This document shows, in pieces, positions 51,624 to 62,006 of a stretch of 64,000 bases of DNA. A program made the position numbers and the translations under genes. Numbering within the stretch: the first letter of the stretch is position 1; each line of letters starts with the position of its first letter. This DNA is from an uncultured delta proteobacterium (lineage in GTDB: Bacteria; Desulfobacterota; Binatia; UBA9968). The notes beneath the pieces were generated by a model. The model did no database searches. It was not told the origin of the DNA and saw only the letters and a list, made by a program, of their open reading frames with translations. Location of the stretch: the NCBI GenBank assembly GCA_963745835.1, contig CAVUZH010000003.1, positions 1,056,001 to 1,120,000 of the forward strand. The letters run 5' to 3'.

Positions 51624-52574
51624 GTGAAAATCCAGCTCGTCACTCCGGCGCCGTTGCGCTTTAACAACGGCAACAAGATTACCGCCCTGCGGTGGGCGAA
51701 AATCCTTAGAACCCTCGGACACCGCGTAACGGTTTTGCAGCATTACGACGATAAGCCCTGCGATGCGCTGATTGCACTTCATGCGAGACGGAGCTATCAG
51801 TCGATCCGCCGTTTTCGCAAACTTCATCCCGAATTACCCTTGATCGTCGTCCTAACCGGCACGGACCTCTATCGCGATATCCGCAGCCACCGCAGTGCTC
51901 AACGGTCGCTCACGCTGGCGACGCGGATTGTCGCGTTGCAGAAGATGGCATTTTCCGAATTATCCGAATCCTTGCATCCAAAAACTCGGGTGATCTATCA
52001 GTCAGCCGAGCGCTGTTTGAGCCGTAATTCAAAAAATCGAGGAGATGGATTCAAAGTCTCAGTTATCGGTCACCTGAGAAACGAGAAGGACCCGCTGCGA
52101 ACCGCATTGGCGATCCGCCGTTTGCCGAAGCACTCGCGGATCGAGGTACAGCATATCGGCCGGGCGTTGGATAAAGACCTCGAGCGCCGGGCGCGAGCCG
52201 AAATGGCGAGAAACCCACGCTATCGGTGGATCGGAGAGTTGGCGCATAAAAGGACCCGGCAGATTCTAGCGCAAAGCGATGTAACGGTTATCACCTCGCG
52301 CATGGAAGGAAGCTCGAATGTGTTATCCGAAGCGCTCGCCTGCGCCGTGCCGGTTATCGCTTCGAGAATACCCGGATTGATGGGAACCCTAGGAACCGAT
52401 TACCCGGGCTATTTTGCCACGGGCGACACGGGTTCACTGAGAGAAATTCTATTCCGAGCCGAAAGCGATCGGGCCTTTTACCGATCGTTGCAATCAATTT
52501 GCAAGAGCTTATCACCCGTGGTGGCGCCCAAGCGAGAAGTGGCTGCTTGGAAACAACTTCTACAAGAGCTGTAA
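51624..52574 (+). CDS. senB: Selenosugar synthase SenB (glycosyltransferase)
   Basis: VTPA...GNKITALRW, ALHARRS, LTGTDLYRD, GHLRNEKDP, SRMEG. Confidence 0.92.
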   Translation: MKIQLVTPAPLRFNNGNKITALRWAKILRTLGHRVTVLQHYDDKPCDALIALHARRSYQSIRRFRKLHPELPLIVVLTGTDLYRDIRSHRSAQRSLTLATRIVALQKMAFSELSESLHPKTRVIYQSAERCLSRNSKNRGDGFKVSVIGHLRNEKDPLRTALAIRRLPKHSRIEVQHIGRALDKDLERRARAEMARNPRYRWIGELAHKRTRQILAQSDVTVITSRMEGSSNVLSEALACAVPVIASRIPGLMGTLGTDYPGYFATGDTGSLREILFRAESDRAFYRSLQSICKSLSPVVAPKREVAAWKQLLQEL

Positions 52575-52585
52575 TCTTAAAGCTA

Positions 52586-53842
52586 TCAAGATTGCGAAGG
52601 CTCCTCGCGTATCCAGGGTTTCACCCAGGGCAAGAGCAGATAAGCGGGCATAGATAACAAAAAAGTTAAGGCGAAATAGTTGCCATAGCCATAATGCTCT
52701 GCGCCAAGCCCGCTAATCCCGCCGATCAAGCGTCCGGTCAGCGAGAAGATCGAAGAAAGAAAGGCATACTGCACGGTTGCATGCTCTTTTTGACAGATGT
52801 TCATGAGAAAGGCCAGGAATGCCGCCGTTCCCAGGCCGCCGCTAAACGACTCGAACATCGATGCGCTATAGAGGCCGTACCTTCCAAGACTTAACCATTC
52901 GACGGCCGAATAACCCAGATTGGAAAACGCCTGCAGTAAACCCAATAACCACACTGCATGAAAGATTCCGTAACGCGTGATAAAGGCGCCTCCGGCTAAT
53001 GCTCCAGCTATGCTGAGAACGATGCCAAAGCTGGTGGGAAACAGTCCGATTTGAAACATGAGATCTTCCTGCAGCGGCCAAATCGATTTACCGTAATCCA
53101 CCCAGAACGGTTTGACCATCGGGCCGATGGCAAACTCGCCCAGCTTATACGTCAACACGAAAGCCACAAGAGGAATTACCCGCCAAGTCCCGGCCCATCC
53201 GATAAAGCCTCGCCACCAATGCTGGCGCGCTTCCTCGGGCAGATGAAGCCGCGGAATCAGGAGCGCACACAATCCCAGAACAATGAATAGCGCTCCCGCC
53301 AGGTTGAATAAAAGGCTCCAGCGCAGCGCTGCGGCGAGAAACACCAGACCACCACCGACGAATACCAAAGCCACTCGGTAGGCGGAAGCGCGCACGCCGT
53401 TGGCGGGCCCCTCCTCCTCCCGAGCAATCAGCCCGACTGAATAAGAATCAATGGCAACGTCTTGCGTCGCCGACAAGGTCGTAAAAGCGAGTACCAGAAC
53501 GAGAACGAGCAAGCCGACACCGGCAACGTCTACCCACGGCAGCGCAAACAACATCGCTGCGATGCCGAGCATACAACCCAGTACCCACATGCGGCGATCG
53601 CCGTGTCGATGCACCAGCGGCGACCAGATTACTTTTAAAGAATACGGCAGTTCCAGCAGCCGCAAGCCGCCGATGGCGCGCAGCGAAACGCCGTGCAGCC
53701 GAAAGTAAACCGGCAGCACTTCCCAGAGAATAGCCGCGGGCGCGCCCTGAATGAAGTAGAGCAGCGCGACCACACCCAGTTTGTTCTTGGTTTCTGGCGC
53801 CGCCCGACTTACGCCGAGGCATTTCCACATCAGTTCCTGCAT
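52586..53842 (-). CDS. AmpG-like MFS permease
   Basis: LYFIQG, PYSLKVIWSP, SATQDVAIDSY, YKLGE, GLGTAA, ATVQYA. Confidence 0.88.
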   Translation of the reverse strand: MQELMWKCLGVSRAAPETKNKLGVVALLYFIQGAPAAILWEVLPVYFRLHGVSLRAIGGLRLLELPYSLKVIWSPLVHRHGDRRMWVLGCMLGIAAMLFALPWVDVAGVGLLVLVLVLAFTTLSATQDVAIDSYSVGLIAREEEGPANGVRASAYRVALVFVGGGLVFLAAALRWSLLFNLAGALFIVLGLCALLIPRLHLPEEARQHWWRGFIGWAGTWRVIPLVAFVLTYKLGEFAIGPMVKPFWVDYGKSIWPLQEDLMFQIGLFPTSFGIVLSIAGALAGGAFITRYGIFHAVWLLGLLQAFSNLGYSAVEWLSLGRYGLYSASMFESFSGGLGTAAFLAFLMNICQKEHATVQYAFLSSIFSLTGRLIGGISGLGAEHYGYGNYFALTFLLSMPAYLLLPWVKPWIREEPSQS

Positions 53843-54267
53843 GTCGGTCCTAGGTTAAAAGCAATTACGGTTAGATTCCAACGTTTTCTCACTGTTTATG
53901 GCGGCGTGCCCGCTCATTGTAATGGCTGGGCTCAGTTTAATGAAGCGAAATACACGATTGCCGCGCCGGCCAGTGGGTGAACAGCATAGGCGCTTCACCA
54001 CGTACTATCGGCAAACCACATAATTTGCCCGCCTACGAATCCCCAAGGATCTCCCCGTACCCATTCCTTCATCGATACTTCGTTGTTTCGTTACATTGCC
54101 TTAACAATCGCCGGGCTAGTATCGCCGCATCTCACGTGAGGAAAAGTGAAAGAAGCAAACAGGCAATGGCTCACGCCTTTTAGTAGCTAGAGCAGCATGG
54201 ATTGATGGCACTTTTGCGTTGCCCAGTCATTCGATCGAAGAGGAGAAACCCAACAAGAGGAGGTTTT

Positions 54268-54804
54268 ATGGAACGGATCGATTTAACCAAAACAATCAAG
54301 GAAGCGGCCGCCACATTCTGCCAGAACCGGATCGGCGATAAACCGCCGATCTCGGTCACGGTTCCCGCCATCAAGACCGATATTCTTTGGCCTGATCGCA
54401 AGCTTCAGGAACTCGTCAAGCTGTTCCTCTACGAAACGCTTCTAACCAATGATCCTGACGCCGAAGTTACGGTATCACTGCGGCGCCGATCACAGCTGAA
54501 AGATCTCAGCGAGTTTGTCGGCGTGCAACCTACATACTGGCTTCATCTACGTATTTCCGGCCGCGGTGTGAGACTCTCCGAATTTTTCATTGACGAGTTC
54601 TTTAGCGACATCGGCTACACGTGCGCGGAATGGGTCGGCGTTGCGGAATCGGAGACCCGCCTAGGAATATTCACGGCCGCCGGTAAGCCGGAGATAAAAA
54701 TAGTCTTCTGCCTGGACGATGGCCGCTTCAAGCGGAAATTCGATCTCCTGTTGCCGGTGCGCGAGCCGGTTGCGCTTTCACCCGACATCAATGTCAAACA
54801 TTGA
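54268..54804 (+). CDS. Hypothetical protein
   Basis: Strong RBS GAGGAGG before ATG 54268; no family recognised. Confidence 0.65.
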   Translation: MERIDLTKTIKEAAATFCQNRIGDKPPISVTVPAIKTDILWPDRKLQELVKLFLYETLLTNDPDAEVTVSLRRRSQLKDLSEFVGVQPTYWLHLRISGRGVRLSEFFIDEFFSDIGYTCAEWVGVAESETRLGIFTAAGKPEIKIVFCLDDGRFKRKFDLLLPVREPVALSPDINVKH

Positions 54805-54899
54805 ACGCCAGCATTTAACCGAAACGTAGCGGTTCTGAGATACAGAGTTAATCTTCAGGTCGCATCATCTCACTAAAACTAAATGGGAGGGATATCATC

Positions 54900-55442
54900 A
54901 TGATGCGCCTAAAAAACATTTTATTGCCAACCGACTTTTCGCAACGTTCCAAACGATCCTTGCGCTATGCCCTGTCTCTGGCGACGGAATACAGCGCAAC
55001 GGTCACCGTGGTGCATGTGGCCAATGAGTTGAATTCCTGGGAGCTCTACTGCGATGAGTTCAGTTTCAGGATTCCAGGCGAAAGAGCCTGGCCCGTTGAC
55101 CGGGTAGTGGCGGAAGCACGCCTCGAGCTGAGCAATTTTCTTGAACCTTATAGCGATACGATCAAGAGACTTCCTGCGCTCTCCAAGCGCATAGGTTTAG
55201 GTCCGATTGCGGATGAAATCGTTAGTGCTGCGGAAGATCTGCAGGCCGATTTGATTGTCATGTCACCGCGCCGGCTTAGAGGTCTGAAACGGATTCTAAC
55301 CCCCAGCATCACCGATCAGGTTATGCGAATAAGTCCGTGTCCGGTTTTGTCTGTCATAGATCCCCTTCCCTCCCATCCATGGCGAGGGAAGGGGATAACT
55401 AGACTATGCGCCTGGCCAAAACCAAGGTTCGCCAGTGTTTGA
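54900..55442 (+). CDS. Universal stress protein
   Basis: ILLPTDFS, VHV, ADLIVM, SPCPVL. Confidence 0.92.
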   Translation: MMRLKNILLPTDFSQRSKRSLRYALSLATEYSATVTVVHVANELNSWELYCDEFSFRIPGERAWPVDRVVAEARLELSNFLEPYSDTIKRLPALSKRIGLGPIADEIVSAAEDLQADLIVMSPRRLRGLKRILTPSITDQVMRISPCPVLSVIDPLPSHPWRGKGITRLCAWPKPRFASV

Positions 55443-55459
55443 CCAAAACGGAGGAGAGC

Positions 55460-56047
55460 TTGCTCAACTATCATAACGGGCGGACGATCAGGCAGTCTCG
55501 TCGTTTCACTCTGGAGGAGGAGTTACTGCGATTATGGCAACACTTCGATGCGTTGACGTTCTTCAACCGGGTCATGGACCTGTTTTTCAAGCTACTGATC
55601 TTCTTCGTTGTCGTTGTTCTCGGTATGGGACTCGTCAGGCTGTTCTGGGAGACCTGGAGGATCATGGCAGTCAGCGAACTGAAAGACGCTTTCAGTTTTA
55701 CGGTCACCAACCTGCTGACATTTTTCATAATCCTGGAGCTGTTTAAAAGCCTGGTGGAATATTTTCGCGAGCACCGTCTTAGACTGACGTTTATTGTCGA
55801 TGCTACCTTGGTATTCATACTGCGCGAGGTCATGATCAGTCTCTACCAACATCAAAGCCCGCCACTGTTGATTACAGCGCTCGCGTTCCTGGCGCTCGTA
55901 CTCGGCGTGTTGCGGACTTTAGCGATTGTCTATTCCCCAATGGAACGAAATATGGTCGAGCATCTCGTCGAGAGTAAGCACCATGCGCAGCATTCCGAGG
56001 AGAAGATAGCCGGACGTTCGGAAACGGCGAGCCTTTTCGCCTTCTAA
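55460..56047 (+). CDS. PsiE family membrane protein
   Basis: LTFFIILELFKS..EYF, DATLVFILRE; TTG start after GGAGGAG. Confidence 0.82.
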   Translation: MLNYHNGRTIRQSRRFTLEEELLRLWQHFDALTFFNRVMDLFFKLLIFFVVVVLGMGLVRLFWETWRIMAVSELKDAFSFTVTNLLTFFIILELFKSLVEYFREHRLRLTFIVDATLVFILREVMISLYQHQSPPLLITALAFLALVLGVLRTLAIVYSPMERNMVEHLVESKHHAQHSEEKIAGRSETASLFAF

Positions 56048-56439
56048 ATAACACGGAGAATAATAATGATGCCCGCGCCTTTTATCGAACTGGAAGTCCA
56101 ATATGTTGACAAAGCTTCATTTGATCGATCGTTGGCCGCGATGTCCAAGTTGGCACACGAGTTGATCGATCAACTGAATATCATTTGACTTTGCTTTGGA
56201 CCCGGCGATTTCCTACAGTTGGTACCGAGCCTCTCCAAACGTGTTTCGCGAAACAGTCATGAACTTAGCGGGGCCATGAAGAACACACGCTGCGGCACCT
56301 GTACTATAAAGAGCGGGCTTGAGCAGAATGGCTCTATTGCTTCAGATATAATCTTCGAGTTTAGCATGATCGCGTTAATTTGTTTGATTGTTCGCTCCCT
56401 AGAAGGAGAAGCCCTCCTAGGGAGCTTGCGTTTCTCGGA

Positions 56440-58395
56440 TTAGGTGCCGATCTGACCGCCATCATCCTTGGTAATCACAATACACGCCGAGCGCGGACGT
56501 CCGCCCGCATCCCCATCGGGCCACGAGCTGAACCGCTTCGGATTGGCCGGATCGTTGGGCGACTCGTCGGCAGTCTCGCCGGGGTGCTGAATGCCGACGA
56601 ACATGGTGCGTTCGTCAGGCGTGACGAATACGCCGGTAACCTCGCACTGCTGCGGGCCGACAAGAAAACGGCGGACCTCGCCGGTTTGCGGATTGGAGCA
56701 GAGCATCTGATTGTTGCCGAATCCGGCGTAGTCGCCGGTGTTGATGGTCGAGGTTGATACATCCGTCTGAATCCAGAGCCTGCCGCTCGGCGCCACGTAA
56801 ATACCGTCGGGGGAACCGAACTTGTCGCCTTCAACGTCCGAGCCGTGCGCCGGCACCGCCGGGTCACCGGCGAGCATGAAAATCTCCCACTCGAACGTCG
56901 GCTCGGTCCAGTCCTTTCGGTACTTCCACGTAACGATGTGACCGTACACGTTGTTGGGCCGCGGATTGATGGCATCCACCGGCGGGCGGGCCGAACCCGC
57001 CAGAGTGGTGCCATCCGGATTGTTTACCGAAACCGGAGTAGTGCCGCGCCGGTTGTTATTGGTAAGCGTGCCGATAGCAGTGAGCGCGTGGGGAAAAGTA
57101 TCGATCCACTCAGGGCGATCCATCATTGTGGCGCCGACCGCATCGGCCGCGCCTCGGGTATTGAGCAGAATGTCGTTCAGTGACCAAGCAGCCAGCGCCG
57201 GATTGGCCGGGGTCAGCGGCAGCCATTCGCCAAAGCCGCTGTCATGAAACTTGGCGACATAAAGAACCCCATCGTCAAGCGGATTGATCCCCTGCCGCCG
57301 CGCCCTGCGCCAGGGCAGGTTCGAGACATAACGATAGATGTACTCGTTGCGCTCGTCGTCGCCCATGTAAACGACGATTCTGCCGTCGTTCGCCTCTTGT
57401 ACCCAGGCGCCCTCGTGCTTTAAGCGCCCGAGCGCGGTGCGCTTAACCGGCGTCGATTTGGGATCGAACGGATCGATCTCGACCACCCAGCCAAACCGGT
57501 TCGGCTCGTTGGGCTCGAGATCGGCGTTGAATCTGGGATGGGTGGTGTGCCAGCGTAACCCCGAACTGGAGGGAGAGATGCCGTATCGCAATTCCAGCGG
57601 CGTCCTGTTGGGAAGAGTCTTTTGAAAGAAACCGTGGAAATTTTCCTCGCAGCTGAGAAAAGTTCCCCAGGGCGTAAAGCCCATGGCGCAGTTGTTCACC
57701 GTACCGAATACGATGCTGCCGGTCGGATCCGCGCTCGTTTTTAATCGCTCATCTCCGGCCGCCGGGCCGCCGATAGCAATCGGCGTCTGGGCGGTGATAC
57801 GCCGCCCGTATCTTGACGGACGTACCACTTGCCACTTGCCGCCTTGGTTGATGATCTCGATGATCGCGATACCATGGGCGTTGAGCGATTTGTTGGTCTT
57901 TTCTTCATTCCAGTTGGCGATGCCATCTGAAAACAGTAGTCCATCGTCGGTGTACTCATTGTTTTGCACGAGCAGGCCATGCGCCGATCCCCTGATTGGG
58001 AAGTACACCACGCCGTCATTGTGCATGCCCCATTGCTGCGCCTGGTCGGCAGCGCTGTTGCTGCCATCCTGCTTGAACTCCGGGCCATTGGAGACCGGAT
58101 CGCCCCATGCGACGAGAACTCGCGCGCTGTATCCCGGGGGCACTACGACGGTATCTGCATCAGAAACCGGCACGCCTCGAAAGCCCAGCAATGGTCGAAG
58201 CGAGCCCTGGCCGATATCTTGGGCCGAGGCCGGAACAGATCGCAGCAGAGCATTAACACCGCTGAAAGAAACTGCCGCAGCCGCAGCAAGACCGCCGCCG
58301 AGAAAGCCCCGTCGAGATAGGCGGGCTTCGACAATGTCTTGGAAACTCCGGTTGCCAGAATTGTTACTTACCTCATCGTCATCGATTTTAGCCAT
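56440..58395 (-). CDS. phoX: PhoX family alkaline phosphatase (Tat-exported)
   Basis: SRRGFL, HNDG, NNEY, NNCA.G.TPWGT.LSCEEN, GRLKHE, DRPEW, SPDG, CEVTG, QHPG. Confidence 0.95.
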   Translation of the reverse strand: MAKIDDDEVSNNSGNRSFQDIVEARLSRRGFLGGGLAAAAAVSFSGVNALLRSVPASAQDIGQGSLRPLLGFRGVPVSDADTVVVPPGYSARVLVAWGDPVSNGPEFKQDGSNSAADQAQQWGMHNDGVVYFPIRGSAHGLLVQNNEYTDDGLLFSDGIANWNEEKTNKSLNAHGIAIIEIINQGGKWQVVRPSRYGRRITAQTPIAIGGPAAGDERLKTSADPTGSIVFGTVNNCAMGFTPWGTFLSCEENFHGFFQKTLPNRTPLELRYGISPSSSGLRWHTTHPRFNADLEPNEPNRFGWVVEIDPFDPKSTPVKRTALGRLKHEGAWVQEANDGRIVVYMGDDERNEYIYRYVSNLPWRRARRQGINPLDDGVLYVAKFHDSGFGEWLPLTPANPALAAWSLNDILLNTRGAADAVGATMMDRPEWIDTFPHALTAIGTLTNNNRRGTTPVSVNNPDGTTLAGSARPPVDAINPRPNNVYGHIVTWKYRKDWTEPTFEWEIFMLAGDPAVPAHGSDVEGDKFGSPDGIYVAPSGRLWIQTDVSTSTINTGDYAGFGNNQMLCSNPQTGEVRRFLVGPQQCEVTGVFVTPDERTMFVGIQHPGETADESPNDPANPKRFSSWPDGDAGGRPRSACIVITKDDGGQIGT

Positions 58396-58599
58396 AGCCT
58401 CTCCTTTGTCGGATAGAATGGCTTTGGTTTTTATGCGCGAGAGGTTATGGCTTTGCTATGAAAGTATTAAATGTCGATGAACGTTCGCGTAAACAGACTG
58501 ACAGAATCACTGCCGTGTAGCGGTGCGGAAGAACGCGAGGTAATCTTACGAAGGCCTTAAGGCGAGGGAGATTTCGTCTTGGTTGAGATAAGACGGAGA

Positions 58600-59508
58600 C
58601 TACTTAACGGTCAATAACGCTTCTTTTGCTTCGTCGAGTTGCTTGAGTTCCTCTTTGCTTAGTTTTGGATACTTCAAATCGAGCGATGCGAGAAGGTCCA
58701 CCAGAGCAGCCGCAACGATGAGGTGAGTAAACCACTTGTTATCTGCCGGCACGATGTACCACGGCGCTTCTTCTGTCGCGGTGTGCCCAATCATGTCCTC
58801 GTATGCCTGCATGTAGTCGTCCCAGTGTTGGCGTTCATGGACGTCATTCACTGAAAACTTCCAGTTCTTCTCCGGTTCATCGATCCGCTTCAGGAACCGT
58901 TTTTTCTGCTCTTTCTTAGACAGATGCAGAAAGAATTTGCGAATAACTATACCGTTGCGCGTCAGATAGCGCTCAAACTTTCGAATATCCTGGAATCGCT
59001 CTTTCCAGATATTCTTGGTGACAAGTTCAGACGGGAGCTTCTGCTTCTCCAACAACTCCGGATGAATCCGAACGATAAGCGTTTCTTCGTAGTAGCTGCG
59101 ATTGAATAGCCCGATCATGCCCCGCTCCGGCAAACGTCTCGCGCAGCGCCACAGGTAATCGTGATCGAGATCCTCACTGCTTGGCGCTTTGAAGGAGTGA
59201 ACCTGACAGCCCTGGGGATTGACGCCTGACATGACATGCTTAATGGCGCTGTCCTTGCCTGCCGTATCCATCGCCTGAAAGATAGCCAGCACAGCCCAAC
59301 GGTTCTGTGCATAGAGTATCTCCTGGAACTTGGCCAACGCTTGAACTCCGGCGACTAGGTTTTCCTTAACCCGCGGTTTGTCCTCTGATTTAAAGTCGAG
59401 TGTGTCGGCAGGGTCAAAATCCTTGAGACGAAAACTCTGACGATCCGTGACCCGAAAGGCTTTGATCAGCTCTCTTGCGCTCTCTATTAGTGTATCTATT
59501 TCCATCAT
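58600..59508 (-). CDS. ppk2: Polyphosphate kinase 2 family (class III-like)
   Basis: QAMDTAGKD, GVNPQG, FKAPS, HDYLWR, FNRSYYE, KNWKF, PADNKW. Confidence 0.95.
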   Translation of the reverse strand: MMEIDTLIESARELIKAFRVTDRQSFRLKDFDPADTLDFKSEDKPRVKENLVAGVQALAKFQEILYAQNRWAVLAIFQAMDTAGKDSAIKHVMSGVNPQGCQVHSFKAPSSEDLDHDYLWRCARRLPERGMIGLFNRSYYEETLIVRIHPELLEKQKLPSELVTKNIWKERFQDIRKFERYLTRNGIVIRKFFLHLSKKEQKKRFLKRIDEPEKNWKFSVNDVHERQHWDDYMQAYEDMIGHTATEEAPWYIVPADNKWFTHLIVAAALVDLLASLDLKYPKLSKEELKQLDEAKEALLTVK

Positions 59509-59899
59509 TCCGTCCTCGTTTAAGGTCTTAAAGCAGAAACTTTCACATGGTTGGTAGGGCTCTAATCGGTAATTCGTTTTACAAGCCGGCTGCTCGTAGA
59601 TCTACACTTCTCCCCGATCAGTGTTGATCGGAAGTTAAACTGCCCTTTTACCCGGAGGTTGCATTCGGAAGCGACATTCACGACGTGTTCAGTACATTGT
59701 TTGAGTAACACACTTATAAACATGGCGATACGCCACTCGACCGTTCGCCGACTGGATCACCTATTATCTCTGCTGCAAGAAACGGGAGCAGCCGCCATTG
59801 ATTGATCAACTCTCGCGAGGGCGCAATGATTCTCCAGCCTGCTTGGCTGGTGAACATGATGTCCAGTAGACGCCGTCCATGCACGGCATAAACCGGTTT

Positions 59900-60107
59900 T
59901 TCATGAGTACGATCCGCGGCTCCTGAGATGAAAGCGATCTTTTATGCCGCTGGACCATATTTCCAGCGAAAGACGATCAAGGAGGTGGAAAATATCGACG
60001 TTGCGCCGACCATTGCCGAGGTACTTGGCATCAATCCGCCGCAGGACGCGCAAGGAAGAAAGATTGACACCCGCGATAATGGCAATCGGGAATCCTTCTT
60101 TAGGTGA
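59900..60107 (+). pseudogene. C-terminal remnant of an alkaline-phosphatase-superfamily phosphodiesterase (NPP-like)
   Basis: Manual translation gives HEYDP, then MKAIFYAAGPYF...VENIDVAPTIAEVLGINPP..AQG (59928-60107). Absent from the ORF track; upstream region is broken. Confidence 0.75.
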
Positions 60108-60313
60108 GACAACGAGAGGACGGTTTGCGCTGCAGCGCACCTGACGAAAGACACCCTGCACAATATCTCCCGGATTTAGCGAAGCGCAGAGTCACCCGCG
60201 CATAACGGATAATTCCTATGCTTCCAGCTTGTGTCTAAGCGGCTTAGCACAATGGAGCTCGCAACAAAACTCAAGAACCGACCGCGAGCAGCGGCATGAT
60301 GCAAGAAGAACGC

Positions 60314-60850
60314 TTAAAACTCGTATAAGGTTGCCAATTGTCGCGTCAATCGCCTGCCTCTGTCGGATGAAAAATGCTCAATTTGCGGTGGGCACAAGGA
60401 GAGTACCGGACACGGAGCATTTGCGGTTACAACGTCGGAAATACTGCGTGCAAAAGTACGAGGCAAAACACCGCGTTTACGCTTCGCCATTACGATGCAA
60501 TCGGCTTCCTGTTGAACCGCCGCCACAACGATCTCCCGGGAAACCTTGCCGATGCTGGTGCGGATCGTCCAAGAGACGCCCGGAATGTTAGCCCTGAAAT
60601 GTGTCTGAACAAACATCTCCAATTCGGAAGTGGCAACCTTTAGGAGATGTTCCACGACAAGTTGTGAACGCCATTGTTCCACCGGTACTTCGTCAAGTCG
60701 GCAAGACGCCATTTTTTGCCATGGAAATTGGATGACATGAAGAAAAACCAGCTCCGCCTTGTGCTCTCGTCCTAATGAAAGAGCATAGGCCATTCCGGTT
60801 TTGGCATTTTCGGAACGATCGGTCGGGCAGAGGATTTTTTTGATTAACAT
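60314..60850 (-). CDS. Universal stress protein
   Basis: ILCPTD, FLHV, ADCIVM, APCPVL. Confidence 0.9.
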   Translation of the reverse strand: MLIKKILCPTDRSENAKTGMAYALSLGREHKAELVFLHVIQFPWQKMASCRLDEVPVEQWRSQLVVEHLLKVATSELEMFVQTHFRANIPGVSWTIRTSIGKVSREIVVAAVQQEADCIVMAKRKRGVLPRTFARSISDVVTANAPCPVLSLCPPQIEHFSSDRGRRLTRQLATLYEF

Positions 60851-61074
60851 AGTATTTCCCTTCTTCGTACAAGCAGACGTCTATAGGTTTGTAGGTCGCA
60901 TGCACATCGATCTCACAGCTCAATCGTAAGCAGTCTGCTGGAAGGAAGTTAAAGGAAAAAGTCAATATGATGAAGCTCTTGTAAAGCGACGAACTTTCCC
61001 CAAATCGGCTATGGACAAGCTGCGTGCTTATTATCTCAGCAGCACTGGAAGTAAAATAAAAGCCGCGGCAACCA

Positions 61075-61275
61075 TCAGTAATAACAATGATGCCGTATCG
61101 TACCTATCAAACCGCAGCCCTGATCTGCTGAACGCCGGCTCTTCTCCACCGTGGCAATAAGCTCATCGTAAATGCAGCGGTAGAACTCAACAACTTCCTT
61201 GGCATTTTTGCTTGTTACTCCGGTACCTATCCATGCAGCAGTCAATGCCTTGGCGGTTTCTGATGCATCAGCCAT
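61075..61275 (-). CDS. Small hypothetical protein
   Basis: GGAG RBS; 66-aa helical ORF. Confidence 0.45.
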   Translation of the reverse strand: MADASETAKALTAAWIGTGVTSKNAKEVVEFYRCIYDELIATVEKSRRSADQGCGLIGTIRHHCYY

Positions 61276-61359
61276 AAGACAATTCTCCGTTCAAATCCTG
61301 AGCTTGAGTAAATCAGAGTGCGAGGTGCAAGCAGAGAGCGTAACGAACTTTTAACATTC

Positions 61360-61626
61360 TTACCGTCTCGTTGTTGTGCGAAGGCCGATACTGTTTACCT
61401 CTGTCAGCGAATCCAGAAACGCATTTGTGGATTCCTCGGAAGCCTTTCGACGAAATAATTTCCAGGAGAGATGGTGATCACAGCGGCCGCAAAAGCCGTT
61501 GATCCACTGCATCAGGGAGTCACGATCGAGTAGAACAACGACAAAATCGAAGGTGCACTCCGGACACTGACGGTTAGACAGATATCTGAGCATCTTGCGA
61601 GGCGATTCCTTAACGTGTAACTGCAT
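61360..61626 (-). CDS. Small CxxC...CxxC zinc-ribbon-like hypothetical protein
   Basis: CPEC and CGRC pairs. Confidence 0.45.
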   Translation of the reverse strand: MQLHVKESPRKMLRYLSNRQCPECTFDFVVVLLDRDSLMQWINGFCGRCDHHLSWKLFRRKASEESTNAFLDSLTEVNSIGLRTTTRR

Positions 61627-62006
61627 GAACGATTGTTGTTGAAATCTCAGGGAACGGGATCGCTTTCCAACGCCCTAAGACTAACGGGATGACTGAACAA
61701 AGCAAAGCTTGAAACAAAGATTTAACTCACATACGCGGCTCGACGATCGGGATCACGGATTATCATAAATTTACTGGCGAGTTCTGATGATTTTACTCAT
61801 CGCCGCTCGAGCCACTCACCTAGTGTTCCCGCTTCTCTGGCAAAGTTGCTGTTGCTGCTTAACTCTCAGCTGCAGTTCCTTGAAGGAATTACCGGAGGAT
61901 GCTTCCTAGGACGAGGATAATCGTCGACAATCCAACTATGATGATTGCATCAAAAAGGTCTTCACTCATAGAACTCAACGAGTTCTCCATATCAGAAGCA
62001 CGCAGC

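Noticed and set aside
56110-56180. FNR-like TTGAT..ATCAA and sigma54-like TGGCAC-N5-TTGAT
   Set aside because: The FNR spacing is wrong (2 nt rather than 4), the -12 element is imperfect, and there is no convincing downstream gene.
57683-58480. Long antisense ORFs (e.g. 57683-58480, 34061-34693, 10365-10973, 51192-51827)
   Set aside because: They are shadows of well-supported genes on the opposite strand and carry no recognisable motifs.
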